From: Bacteroidota bacterium
GTDB taxonomy: Bacteria > Bacteroidota > Bacteroidia > Bacteroidales > PUMT01
DNA length: 64,000 nucleotides
Reading direction: 5' to 3'
Assembly (NCBI GenBank): GCA_003554865.1
Contig: PWHJ01000001.1
Span: 14,046-78,045, forward strand
The position numbers and the translations under genes are program-made. The notes under the pieces are model-generated. The model saw only the letters and a program-made list of their open reading frames with translations, was not told where the DNA came from and ran no database searches. Below, in pieces: positions 1 through 9,125 of this stretch. The first letter of the stretch is position 1. Every line of letters starts with the position of its first letter.

Positions 1-59
1 AAACAAAAAACCTTATATTTTTTATTAATATTGTAGCCAAATAAGGAAAATCAAAAACA

Positions 60-605
60 GTGTGCATACCCGGTAAAATAAGAAAAAAAGCTGGACGCTT
101 TGTCTTAAGGAAAAAACAGAAGCGTTTAAGACGAAAAAGAAAAGTCTGCAATTTTAAATATGCCAAATCTGCAGGTATTATTTTTCATTGCGATAACAGT
201 CAAATGTTTGAAGCGGTACACAACTTTGTTAAACAATGTACCGATCAAGGAAAGGAGGTGTATGCCATCGGTTATGTTCCCGAGAAAAAGGTGCCCGATA
301 ATTACCTTCTGAGAAAAAGTCTACGCTTTTTCTCCCTGGAAGATCTCAACTGGTATAAAAAACCAACCCCCTCTTTTGTCGAGGATTTTATAAATACTCA
401 GTTTGATCTGCTTATCGATCTTAGTATGAGCTATTCTTTCCCTGTTGAATATATCAGGGCTCTTTCAATAGCCAGGTTTAAGACCGGCAAACAATTTGAA
501 GAGAATGACCATCTGGATATGTCAATAGTTATAAAAGAGAACCGGGATATAGATTATCTTGTTCAACATATTGTTCATTACTTAAATATTATAAAAACCA
601 ATTGA
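60..605 (+). CDS. Conserved Bacteroidota hypothetical protein (DUF6913-like)
   Basis: 181-aa ORF, GTG start; LNWY..P and FDLLIDL motifs; directly upstream of dapA as commonly seen in Bacteroidota. Confidence 0.65.
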   Translation: MCIPGKIRKKAGRFVLRKKQKRLRRKRKVCNFKYAKSAGIIFHCDNSQMFEAVHNFVKQCTDQGKEVYAIGYVPEKKVPDNYLLRKSLRFFSLEDLNWYKKPTPSFVEDFINTQFDLLIDLSMSYSFPVEYIRALSIARFKTGKQFEENDHLDMSIVIKENRDIDYLVQHIVHYLNIIKTN

Positions 606-610
606 CACTT

Positions 611-1522
611 ATGGCTCAATCCAAATTTGAGGGCACGGGAGTTGCCGTGGTTACCCCTTTTCGCAATGATGATAGCGTGGATTTCAAATCCATGAGAAAG
701 CTGATAGAACATCTGGTTGAAGGGAAGGCCGAATATATTGTGGTGCTCGGTACAACCGGCGAATCAGCTACTCTTTCTAAAGATGAAAAAATCGCACTGA
801 TCAGTTTTGTTGTTGAAGAGGTTGGTGGACGGGTGCCTGTTGTCATGGGTGCCGGCGGAAACAACACTCAGGAGGTGGTCGGTTTTTTGAAGCAGGTATG
901 TGATGATATTCCCATTGACGGGGTCCTGTCGGTTTCACCCTATTATAACAAGCCTTCACAGGAGGGGATTTTCTGTCATTACAAGGAAGTGGCCGCAGCC
1001 TGTGATCTTCCCGTTATAATGTACAATGTGCCGGGTCGCACGGGTGTAAATATGAACTCATCAACAACCCTCCGCCTTGCGCGGGAGGTGAAAAATATTG
1101 CCGGAATAAAGGAGGCTTCGGGAAACTTCAATCAGATCAATCATATTTTAAAGGATAAGCCCTCCGGTTTCATTGTACTCTCCGGTGACGACCCCCTTGC
1201 CGTTCCCATGGTTTCCCTCGGCGCCTCGGGTGTTATTTCGGTATCGGCAAACAGTTATCCTCTTGAGTTTTCACAGATGATAAGACATGCTTTGGCAGGG
1301 AAGTTCAAGAAAGCACAGGTGATTCAAAACGCACTGCTGGATATTATGGATGCTCATTTTGTGGAAGGGAACCCTGCCGGAGTAAAGGCAAGTCTGAGTG
1401 TGAAAAATTTAATTGACTACAACCTGCGGCTTCCGCTAACTCCGGTTTCGAAAGCCACCTATGAAAAGATCGGCCAACTTGTAAAGGAATTTGACAATAA
1501 TAAAGAAAGCCTGCCCCTGTAA
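611..1522 (+). CDS. dapA: 4-hydroxy-tetrahydrodipicolinate synthase
   Basis: GTTGES, PYYNKPSQEG, YNVPGRTG and GIKEASG (Schiff-base Lys) motifs; ATG at 611 preferred over TTG at 602. Confidence 0.95.
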   Translation: MAQSKFEGTGVAVVTPFRNDDSVDFKSMRKLIEHLVEGKAEYIVVLGTTGESATLSKDEKIALISFVVEEVGGRVPVVMGAGGNNTQEVVGFLKQVCDDIPIDGVLSVSPYYNKPSQEGIFCHYKEVAAACDLPVIMYNVPGRTGVNMNSSTTLRLAREVKNIAGIKEASGNFNQINHILKDKPSGFIVLSGDDPLAVPMVSLGASGVISVSANSYPLEFSQMIRHALAGKFKKAQVIQNALLDIMDAHFVEGNPAGVKASLSVKNLIDYNLRLPLTPVSKATYEKIGQLVKEFDNNKESLPL

Positions 1523-1545
1523 TTAAGAGGCAGGCTTTCCCTTTT
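1505..1545. terminator. Intrinsic terminator hairpin between convergent dapA and S9 peptidase
   Basis: GAAAGCCTGCC (1505-1515) pairs perfectly with GGCAGGCTTTC (1529-1539), followed by CCTTTT. Confidence 0.7.
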
Positions 1546-1557
1546 CAGGGACTCATT

Positions 1558-3591
1558 CTAGTCGGGGTTCAGATATCTGTCCAGCCAGTTGTGAAGCTCA
1601 TCATACCAGAAGAGTGAATTTTGCGGTGAGAGGATCCAGTGGTTTTCGTCGGGGTAGTAAACAAGCCTTGCATCCAGTCCCATTCTCTTGTAAATCCCGT
1701 ATACCAGCAGTCCGTGTCCCACAGGCACCCTGAAGTCCTTTTCCCCGTGAATGACAAGCATCGGTGTTTCAAAATTTTCGGCAAACATTGCCGGGTTGGC
1801 AGCCTGCAGAGTGTCAAAGTCTTCCCAGGGCGATCCCCCGTACTGGTGAGGCCGGTACCAGGTGTAGTCTGCTGAAAACTGCATATGTATATTATATACC
1901 CCGGCATGGTTTACAAGACAGGCATACCTGTCTGTGTGCCCTGCTATCCAGCTCACCATATATCCTCCGTAGCTTCCGCCGGTTGCAGCCATCCGCTCTT
2001 CGTCAATATACTCCCTCTCGAGCATATAATCGGTCGCTTTCATTATATCCCTGAAGGGCTTGTCTGCATGCGATCCGTGGATGGATTTTGCAAACTCCTG
2101 ACCGAAGCTTGTTGAGCCGTGGAAATTTGGCATGGCAACTACGTAGCCGGGTTCTGCAAAAAGGTGTGAATTCCACCTGAAATGCCATTGGTCGCCGAAG
2201 ATACTGTGGGGGCCCCCGTGTATCATCAAAACAAGCGGGTATTTTTTGTCAGGGTCAAAATCGGGCGGATAAACAATGTACATCTGAATATCTTCATCAT
2301 TGGCCCCTTTGTATGTAACATTTTCAATTTTGCCCAGATTAAGATCTCTCAATATATGTTCATTTACATCGGTAAGCTGTCTGAGGTTACTTCCGTTCGA
2401 CTGAATCGAGTAAATGTCGGCGGGCTTGTCAAGATTGTCGTGGGTAAAGATCAGCCTGCCGCCGCCAACCGGTTTGACATTGTTGTTATTCCCGTCGCCA
2501 TATATTTTCGTGTGGTTACCTCCATCTGACGGTACGGAAAAAAGAGCTTTTTTTGCAAGGTGCTGGGCATGGAAAAAGACTGTGTTGCCGTCTGGCGACC
2601 ACTGCCACTGTTCACAGGAGAGGTCAATGCCGGAGGTTATATTCTCCCGTGTCTGATCCCTTCTGTCATATACCACAAGCTCCACCCTGTCTGCATAAAA
2701 ATGGGCTATGCTTTGTTTTCCGTAAAGTATTTTGTTGCCGCACGGACTGTAAACCGGGTTGAGGTCATCAGCCGGGTTCTCTTCGGTTATATTTTCCATA
2801 TCTCCGCTTCCGTCTGTACTCAGGAGAAAAATATCGTAGTCCAGCTTTTCAAAAGGCGGTGGTGTGCTGTTCATTGAAACCGCTATCTGATCTCCCTCAG
2901 GGGAGATGTCGTATGATACCCCGCCCATCATTTCAAAATAATTTGAGGTTTCAGGCATAAGATCGGTAACCTCACCGCTTTCAATCTCAACTGAAAAAAG
3001 TCGCGGATAAAAGCCGTCTGTCAGCCACCTGTCCCAGAACCTGTACATTACTTTTTCAGTTACCTTGGCCGTTACCTTGCTTTCTTCCTGCTCTTTGATT
3101 ATTTTTTCAAGTTTTTCAAAGTCCCCGTTGTAATCAGGATGAATATTTGCGGCAAAAGCTATCTTGTCTCCGCCGGGGAACCATTTGGGTTCAAAAACGC
3201 CGACCGGCAGGTCGGTCACCTTTTTTGGCTCACCCCAGCTCTCATCCATAATGTAGATTTGTCCTGGCTTCCCTTCCCTGCGGCTTACAAACCCTATCCG
3301 TTCACCTTCGGGGCACCAGAAAGGGGATGATTCATTGCCTTCATATGTAAGCTGCTTTTTTTCTCCTGTTTCATTGTCCAGAAGATAAATGTGGGTTGAA
3401 GACAGGTTTTTTTCAATGTCATAGGTTGTTAAGCTGAAAAGTGTATGGCTGCCGTCGGGTGAAACGGCCGGCGAGCCAATACGGTCCATATTCCACATAT
3501 CTTCGGCAGTGAAGTTCCGCTTTTCCCCGGCGGGCGAATGTACAGATGCCGCCAGGAACATAGTCAGAATTACAAAAATTAACTTTTTCAT
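1558..3591 (-). CDS. Secreted S9 family peptidase (dipeptidyl/acylaminoacyl peptidase, DPP5-like)
   Basis: Signal peptide; beta-propeller repeats; IHGGPH, GGSYGG nucleophile, D.RV and DENH catalytic motifs. Confidence 0.9.
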   Translation of the reverse strand: MKKLIFVILTMFLAASVHSPAGEKRNFTAEDMWNMDRIGSPAVSPDGSHTLFSLTTYDIEKNLSSTHIYLLDNETGEKKQLTYEGNESSPFWCPEGERIGFVSRREGKPGQIYIMDESWGEPKKVTDLPVGVFEPKWFPGGDKIAFAANIHPDYNGDFEKLEKIIKEQEESKVTAKVTEKVMYRFWDRWLTDGFYPRLFSVEIESGEVTDLMPETSNYFEMMGGVSYDISPEGDQIAVSMNSTPPPFEKLDYDIFLLSTDGSGDMENITEENPADDLNPVYSPCGNKILYGKQSIAHFYADRVELVVYDRRDQTRENITSGIDLSCEQWQWSPDGNTVFFHAQHLAKKALFSVPSDGGNHTKIYGDGNNNNVKPVGGGRLIFTHDNLDKPADIYSIQSNGSNLRQLTDVNEHILRDLNLGKIENVTYKGANDEDIQMYIVYPPDFDPDKKYPLVLMIHGGPHSIFGDQWHFRWNSHLFAEPGYVVAMPNFHGSTSFGQEFAKSIHGSHADKPFRDIMKATDYMLEREYIDEERMAATGGSYGGYMVSWIAGHTDRYACLVNHAGVYNIHMQFSADYTWYRPHQYGGSPWEDFDTLQAANPAMFAENFETPMLVIHGEKDFRVPVGHGLLVYGIYKRMGLDARLVYYPDENHWILSPQNSLFWYDELHNWLDRYLNPD

Positions 3592-3690
3592 TTTTACCGG
3601 ATTTTAATTGTTTGACTTAATTGTTTTTTTTTTTTATGCATCCGAAACAAAAGTTGATTCTATATTGAGCACAGAGTGCTTTCAACGGTA

Positions 3691-6447
3691 TCAGTTGCCG
3701 GTGTATGGCACCCCATCAATTATCCACCCGGCCGGCTCCTTGCCCTTGAGGTGATAGTCGAAATATTCCCTCATTCTTATGGTATAATCAAGCTTGTTTG
3801 GGTACTTCCTGGGATGGTGCGGTTCGTCACGGTACTGTAGGAATATTATATCCTTTCCTGCGCGCCTCATTGCAAGGTAGAGCTCGATCGACTGCTCCCA
3901 GGGCACGGCTTCGTCAACATCCCCGTGCATTATAAGAAGAGGGGTGTTGATCTCGTCGGCATAGAAAAGAGGTGAGTTTTCAATGTAGAGATCCCTGTCC
4001 TCGAAAATCGATCCCCCTATTCTGCTCTGGCCTGTCTCATACTGGAACTGCCTGGCCAGTCCGCTGCCCCACCTGATCCCTCCGTAGGCGCTTGTCATAT
4101 TTGAAACTGGGGCACCTGCAATGGCTGCCGCAAAAATATCGGTCTGTGTTACCACGAAAGCTGTCATGTAACCGCTCCAGGAATGCCCGTGCAGTCCAAT
4201 GGCATCCGGATCGGCAACACCCTTGTCAATGAGCTTTTGAACTCCGGGAACAAGGCTTTTGACAGCTGACATTCCTGGTCTGCCCTCAATAAAATGTATA
4301 TCGGGCAAAAAGACCACATAGTCATTGCTTGCATAGTACGCAAAACAAGGCCTGTGGTTTATAACCGTTTCATTGAACTCATGCACTCTTTGGGAGAACT
4401 CATTGTAGTAATATACAAAGACCGGATATTTTTTTCCCGGGTCATAGTTATCGGGTTTTATTACAGCACCCTGCAGGGGAATTCCGTCTGCGCTCATCCA
4501 CGAAATCAGCTCGGCCGTCCCCCAGGCAAACTGCTCAAGTTGTTCTCCAAGATCAGATATCTTTACCGGGTTTCGAAAATTTCTGCCGGCAACCCAAAGA
4601 TCGGGAAATTCATCATATGTTTCCCTTGTGAAAAGGACGGTGCTCCCGTCTCCCGAGGCCTCCCGCAGGCGAAGGTTTTTCTCCTTGCAGTACAACTTGC
4701 TGACCCCTTTTCTGTTTGTGCGGGCTGTATATATGGCGCGAACCTTCGTCTTTTCGTTGAACCCTTCAATGAAAAGCTCCTGGCGCCTTCCCAGCACAGG
4801 CTCTCCTTCAATGTTTCTGATCCGGAAAATTGTTTGGGATTCGCGTCCTTTTCCGTCCGTTATATTTTCGGCTTCCCCGTTCAGCAGGTTTATCCGCCAT
4901 ATATCGTATTTGTCGTAAAGAAGCACCGATTCGTTATCGTCAACCCATCCGGCGGTACGGTAACTGGAAGGCTCGGCAGGCCTGTCCATATCCTCGTCAT
5001 AAAAAGGTACTTCCAGGTTTTCGGTAAGATTCATGAATATCTCTTTTTCAGCATCATAAACGTGCCAGTTCCTTTCACTGAAAAACAGAGTAAACCTTCC
5101 GCATGGGGAAAGTGTGGCAATATCCTGGTTTTCCCTGTCCAAAAGCTTCTTTTCGCCATTGTTAAGGTTAAAAAGGTAAACATCGCGGAAGCGTCCTTCC
5201 CATGTTATTCTTTTCATGTATGGCACGTTGCTGGTTCCAAGTGCATACATACCGTTCTTTGAGGGCCGGATGTCGGGGATCTCCTCATCTGCAAGCACAA
5301 CAAGCTTTTCTTGCTCAGTATGGAAAACAGAGAGCAGGTTTTGACTGCGGATACTGTTCCAGGAAGATTTTTCATGAGTTTTGATAAGGGGGTCCTCACC
5401 ATGCCACACATCTATATCTGCTTGTTTTTCAAGAGAGTCGAGAACGGATTTGTAAACCGGCTCTTCCCTGACCTGGGAGAACCTTTGTGGCCTGAAACCC
5501 ATAAACAGGCGCTCTCCGTCGTACGACCAGGTAATATCATTGTCAAAGGGGAGGAAGAGGCCTTCGGGGGCTGATTCGTTACAGGCTGTTTTCTGGGGCC
5601 CTTCCATATCTTTTTCCCATATGAAAAGCTTTGCATTTTCAGTTTCATCTTTTTCATCCCTGTCCCTGCGCATGAAGGCGAGTGTGGATTTTTTTTCCAG
5701 CCAGGCAAAATCCCCGAATTCAGGATTGCCGGTTGTATCTATTGGTTGCGGTTGACGGCTGATATCTGAAAGAGAAAGGTAATATAGCCCGTTGTTTGTT
5801 TTTGCCGTATCATTGATCGAGTAGACCACAACAGAGGAAAGGCTGTCAACTGTATATGATTCCACAAACGGTATTTCAGTACTTCTGCCTGTTGAAAGGT
5901 TCTTAACCTGTAGCTCTGTACCTGCCTGCTTCATTTTCTCCTGTTCGCTCTCATCCAGGGATGAATCGGTTTTGCGGTGGTGATGTATAATAAGGTGATC
6001 TCCTTTGGTTGTGAAATTTGAACTTCTTACATCATCGAAAGAAGAGATCTGGCCGGTTTCCGTTTCGATAAGAGCTGCAGAGTTGTTGGGGCTTTGTCCG
6101 CCCCCCTGCGTTTCATCAAAAGGGGGAACAACAGTGAAAAGGGCCCAATTGCCGTTAGCTGAAAAAGAAGGGCGCCGGCCCCGTTCAATGAGGTATTCAT
6201 TACTTTTGTCGGAGGAAACAACAATTCCGTAGCCGTCACCCCGGTCGGGCGAGGCACCGTACGCCGCCCAGTGTCCGTTTTCAGAGATCACAGGGTTGCT
6301 CATGTGCATGAAGTTCATAACATCTTCGAGTGTCATTGCCCTTTTTTGGGCAAAAACACTTCCCGTGGCAGCCGTTATAAAGACCGCAATGGTTATTACC
6401 GGCATTATTTCCGGTATTTTCAGAATTTTTTTTGCAAGCTTTTGCAT
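3691..6447 (-). CDS. Secreted S9 (prolyl oligopeptidase family) peptidase, long form
   Basis: Signal peptide; GHSWSGY nucleophile, HGD.D.AV and DEPHH motifs; QSRIG motif typical of Bacteroidota S9 proteins. Confidence 0.9.
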   Translation of the reverse strand: MQKLAKKILKIPEIMPVITIAVFITAATGSVFAQKRAMTLEDVMNFMHMSNPVISENGHWAAYGASPDRGDGYGIVVSSDKSNEYLIERGRRPSFSANGNWALFTVVPPFDETQGGGQSPNNSAALIETETGQISSFDDVRSSNFTTKGDHLIIHHHRKTDSSLDESEQEKMKQAGTELQVKNLSTGRSTEIPFVESYTVDSLSSVVVYSINDTAKTNNGLYYLSLSDISRQPQPIDTTGNPEFGDFAWLEKKSTLAFMRRDRDEKDETENAKLFIWEKDMEGPQKTACNESAPEGLFLPFDNDITWSYDGERLFMGFRPQRFSQVREEPVYKSVLDSLEKQADIDVWHGEDPLIKTHEKSSWNSIRSQNLLSVFHTEQEKLVVLADEEIPDIRPSKNGMYALGTSNVPYMKRITWEGRFRDVYLFNLNNGEKKLLDRENQDIATLSPCGRFTLFFSERNWHVYDAEKEIFMNLTENLEVPFYDEDMDRPAEPSSYRTAGWVDDNESVLLYDKYDIWRINLLNGEAENITDGKGRESQTIFRIRNIEGEPVLGRRQELFIEGFNEKTKVRAIYTARTNRKGVSKLYCKEKNLRLREASGDGSTVLFTRETYDEFPDLWVAGRNFRNPVKISDLGEQLEQFAWGTAELISWMSADGIPLQGAVIKPDNYDPGKKYPVFVYYYNEFSQRVHEFNETVINHRPCFAYYASNDYVVFLPDIHFIEGRPGMSAVKSLVPGVQKLIDKGVADPDAIGLHGHSWSGYMTAFVVTQTDIFAAAIAGAPVSNMTSAYGGIRWGSGLARQFQYETGQSRIGGSIFEDRDLYIENSPLFYADEINTPLLIMHGDVDEAVPWEQSIELYLAMRRAGKDIIFLQYRDEPHHPRKYPNKLDYTIRMREYFDYHLKGKEPAGWIIDGVPYTGN

Positions 6448-6545
6448 TTGGGACAGTTTGTTGGTTATTAATTATTTATAAAAAATGAATTATAGATATA
6501 TATATAACAATGTTAAAAAAAATGCCATATTGCAGCTTTCTCTTT

Positions 6546-7319
6546 TTATTTTTCACATCGACTGCCATATAGTATTCTTCCGGGATATTCAATGGAGGTA
6601 AGAAAAAGCCCCTTTGCAGGAGCCGAAGCTTTTGCAAGCGAGCGATCCTTTTTTTCAATTATGCTGCAAAAATCTTCAACGCTCATTTTTTCCCGTCCAA
6701 CCTCAATCATTGTTCCCACTAAGGCCCTTACCATATTTCGAAGGAAGCGGTTCGCCCGGATGGTAAACACAAGGCAGTCTCCCTCTTGTTCCCACCTGGC
6801 AACCATAATACGGCAATTGGTTGTTTTGGTCCCCGAATGAAGTTTGCTGAAACTAGTAAAGTCTGTGTAGTTTTTCATCAGGGCGGCGGCACTGTTCATT
6901 TTCTCCATGTCCATATCACCGTAGATGTACCATGAAAGATCATATATAAAAGGGTTCTTCTCCCTTGCTATTTTGTATTTATATGTTCTTGAAATTGCAT
7001 CAAAACGCGAGTGAGCCCGGGGGTGTACCTGAAAGATTTTTTTTATAGCTATGTCGCGGGGAAGGATGCGGTTGAGCCTGAACACAAGGTTTTTGTCCCT
7101 GTCAAGCCCTTTAAGCGAACAGTCGAAATGGGCAATGAACTGTTCCGCATGTACTCCGGCATCGGTGCGTCCTGCTCCGGTTATATCCGGTTTCTCCCGC
7201 AGAAGTGCCGAAAGTGCGTTCCCGAGCAGCTCCTGAACAGTAGAGGCATTGGGCTGAACCTGCCAGCCGTGGTAGTTGGTCCCTTTAAAGCTGAGTTCTA
7301 TGAAGTAGCGGTATGGCAA
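6546..7319 (-). CDS. truA: tRNA pseudouridine(38-40) synthase
   Basis: GWQVQPN, GAGRTDAGVHA and ANRFLRNMVR motifs; probable TTG start at 7319 downstream of a TATTTTTG promoter element (7333-7340, minus). Confidence 0.95.
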   Translation of the reverse strand: MPYRYFIELSFKGTNYHGWQVQPNASTVQELLGNALSALLREKPDITGAGRTDAGVHAEQFIAHFDCSLKGLDRDKNLVFRLNRILPRDIAIKKIFQVHPRAHSRFDAISRTYKYKIAREKNPFIYDLSWYIYGDMDMEKMNSAAALMKNYTDFTSFSKLHSGTKTTNCRIMVARWEQEGDCLVFTIRANRFLRNMVRALVGTMIEVGREKMSVEDFCSIIEKKDRSLAKASAPAKGLFLTSIEYPGRILYGSRCEK

Positions 7320-7530
7320 GTTGTTTTTTGGGCAAAAATAGAAAATAATTAACATTATATGATGCTCACCGGGTTAAACCTGTGTAATTAAACCTGCTGA
7401 AAAACCAATTAAATGTTATAAAACACTACCGCCGGTTTTTAATGTATTGCCGGGGTGAAAAAAATCTCTGGAACAGTGTTTTATTATATTTTATCATATA
7501 TCTATAACCATTAACTTTAATATAAAAGAT

Positions 7531-7572
7531 TGACACTTGTCATAAATTTTTGATTTACATTTAATAATTTTG
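7531..7572 (+). promoter_or_regulatory. Putative V-ATPase operon promoter (TAATTTTG -7 element) with upstream palindrome TGACACTTGTCA
   Basis: TAATTTTG at 7565-7572 matches Bacteroidota TAnnTTTG; TGACA-N2-TGTCA palindrome at 7531-7542. Confidence 0.5.
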
Positions 7573-7653
7573 CGTGTTATACAACTCTTAACCTTTTTGA
7601 AAGGAATCTGTTAATCAAGTTATTATAAAGAAAATAAACCTAAACTGGTAGAG

Positions 7654-8271
7654 ATGAAGAAAAAATTGCAGGAACTGACAGAGAAAATATATTCCGAAGG
7701 TGTAGAAAAAGCTAATCAGGAGGCGGAGGAGATAAAAAAGAATGCAAAGAAGGAGGCCGACGAGATGATAAAAAACGCTAAAAAGGAGTCGGCTCGCATA
7801 ATCGAGAAGGCTGAGCAGGAATCTGCCGAAATGAAAAAGAATGTTGAATCTGAGATTGAGTTGTCCTCAAAACAGGTTATTAGCGCAATTAAGCAGAAAA
7901 TAGCCTCACTGATCACTGCTAAGGCTGTTGAGGAACCGGTGGAGAAAGCTTTTTCCGACGAGGAGTTTATAAAGAAGATAATTGAAACTCTTGTAAACAA
8001 CTGGGAGCCGGGAAAAGATGCTTCAATTGACCTTTCTGTTATTCTGCCGGAAAAACAGGAAAAGGAGATGAAAGAATATTTTGAGAAAAAGCAGAAAAAA
8101 TTACTTAATGCAGGTCTTGAACTTAAGTTCGATGATACAATAGATGCAGGTTTGAAGATCGGGCCAAAAGACGGCAGTTACCAGATCAGTTTTACCGATA
8201 AGGATTTTGAGAACCTCTTCAAGGCTTACTTGCGTCCGAGGACAATCGAATTACTATATGGAGGTAAATAA
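7654..8271 (+). CDS. V/A-type ATP synthase subunit E
   Basis: Coiled-coil N-terminus (LTEKIYSEGVEKA), C-terminal YLRP; first gene of the V-ATPase operon. Confidence 0.9.
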   Translation: MKKKLQELTEKIYSEGVEKANQEAEEIKKNAKKEADEMIKNAKKESARIIEKAEQESAEMKKNVESEIELSSKQVISAIKQKIASLITAKAVEEPVEKAFSDEEFIKKIIETLVNNWEPGKDASIDLSVILPEKQEKEMKEYFEKKQKKLLNAGLELKFDDTIDAGLKIGPKDGSYQISFTDKDFENLFKAYLRPRTIELLYGGK

Positions 8272-9125
8272 TGTTTAAACGCAATTATTACTATCTGGTA
8301 GCAGGCTTGCCCGATATTGTTCTCGACCAGAAGAAAGTTTCATTACCGATAGGCGAGTTTAAGGATGAGCTTCGCTACCATTTGCATCCCGATGATTATT
8401 CTTTGTTGGAGCTGTTTTTTATGCCTCATGACCACTCCAACCTGCTTGGGCTTTTGCGTAAGAACCTTGAGGAGTTTGATGAGCTGGGGAAGTACCCGCG
8501 TGATGTTCTGGAGGCTGAAATAAAGGAGCCGGGTGAGACAGAAAATTATATTCAGCGCATAATTGAAGCCTACAAAAACGAAGAGCCCCTAATTGCTGAA
8601 CGATCATGGGAGGATCAGATAACCTGGCTTTACTACGATTTTGTCCGCTCAAGCCGAAACGCTTTTGTAAGGGAGTGGTTTGAGTTCGAAATGAACGTAA
8701 ACAATATTGTTGCAGCCGTCAATGCCAGGAAGCACAATTTTTCAAGGGAGAATATACTTATAGGTGACAATGAGATAGCGCAGGCGGTTAAAAAAAGTAC
8801 CCTTAAGGATTTTGGTATTTCGGCAGAGTTCCAGTGGATGGACAGGCTTATGAATATCCAGGAAAATGAAAATCTGCTGGAGCGCGAGTATGATATGGAC
8901 ATGCTCAGATGGGATTTTATTAATGATATAAACACCTTCAACTATTTTTCAATTGAATTAATATTGGGGTATGTTGTTAAGCTCCAGATGGTTGAAAGGT
9001 GGCTGAAGCTTGATGAGGACAGGGGCAGAGAACTGTTCAGAAAGCTTCTTGAAGATCTTGAAAAGAGTTATGAATTTCCTAAAGAATTTATGATAAATGA
9101 AAGAAAAAGAGTTGACCAAAGGTAA
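8271..9125 (+). CDS. DUF2764 family protein (putative V-ATPase subunit C)
   Basis: YYYLVAGLPD N-terminus; position between E and A as in Bacteroidota/Chlamydia V-ATPase operons. Confidence 0.8.
   Translation: MFKRNYYYLVAGLPDIVLDQKKVSLPIGEFKDELRYHLHPDDYSLLELFFMPHDHSNLLGLLRKNLEEFDELGKYPRDVLEAEIKEPGETENYIQRIIEAYKNEEPLIAERSWEDQITWLYYDFVRSSRNAFVREWFEFEMNVNNIVAAVNARKHNFSRENILIGDNEIAQAVKKSTLKDFGISAEFQWMDRLMNIQENENLLEREYDMDMLRWDFINDINTFNYFSIELILGYVVKLQMVERWLKLDEDRGRELFRKLLEDLEKSYEFPKEFMINERKRVDQR

Noticed and set aside
4294-5262. 322-aa + strand ORF
   Set aside because: Entirely antisense to the S9 peptidase, with no recognisable motifs; shadow ORF
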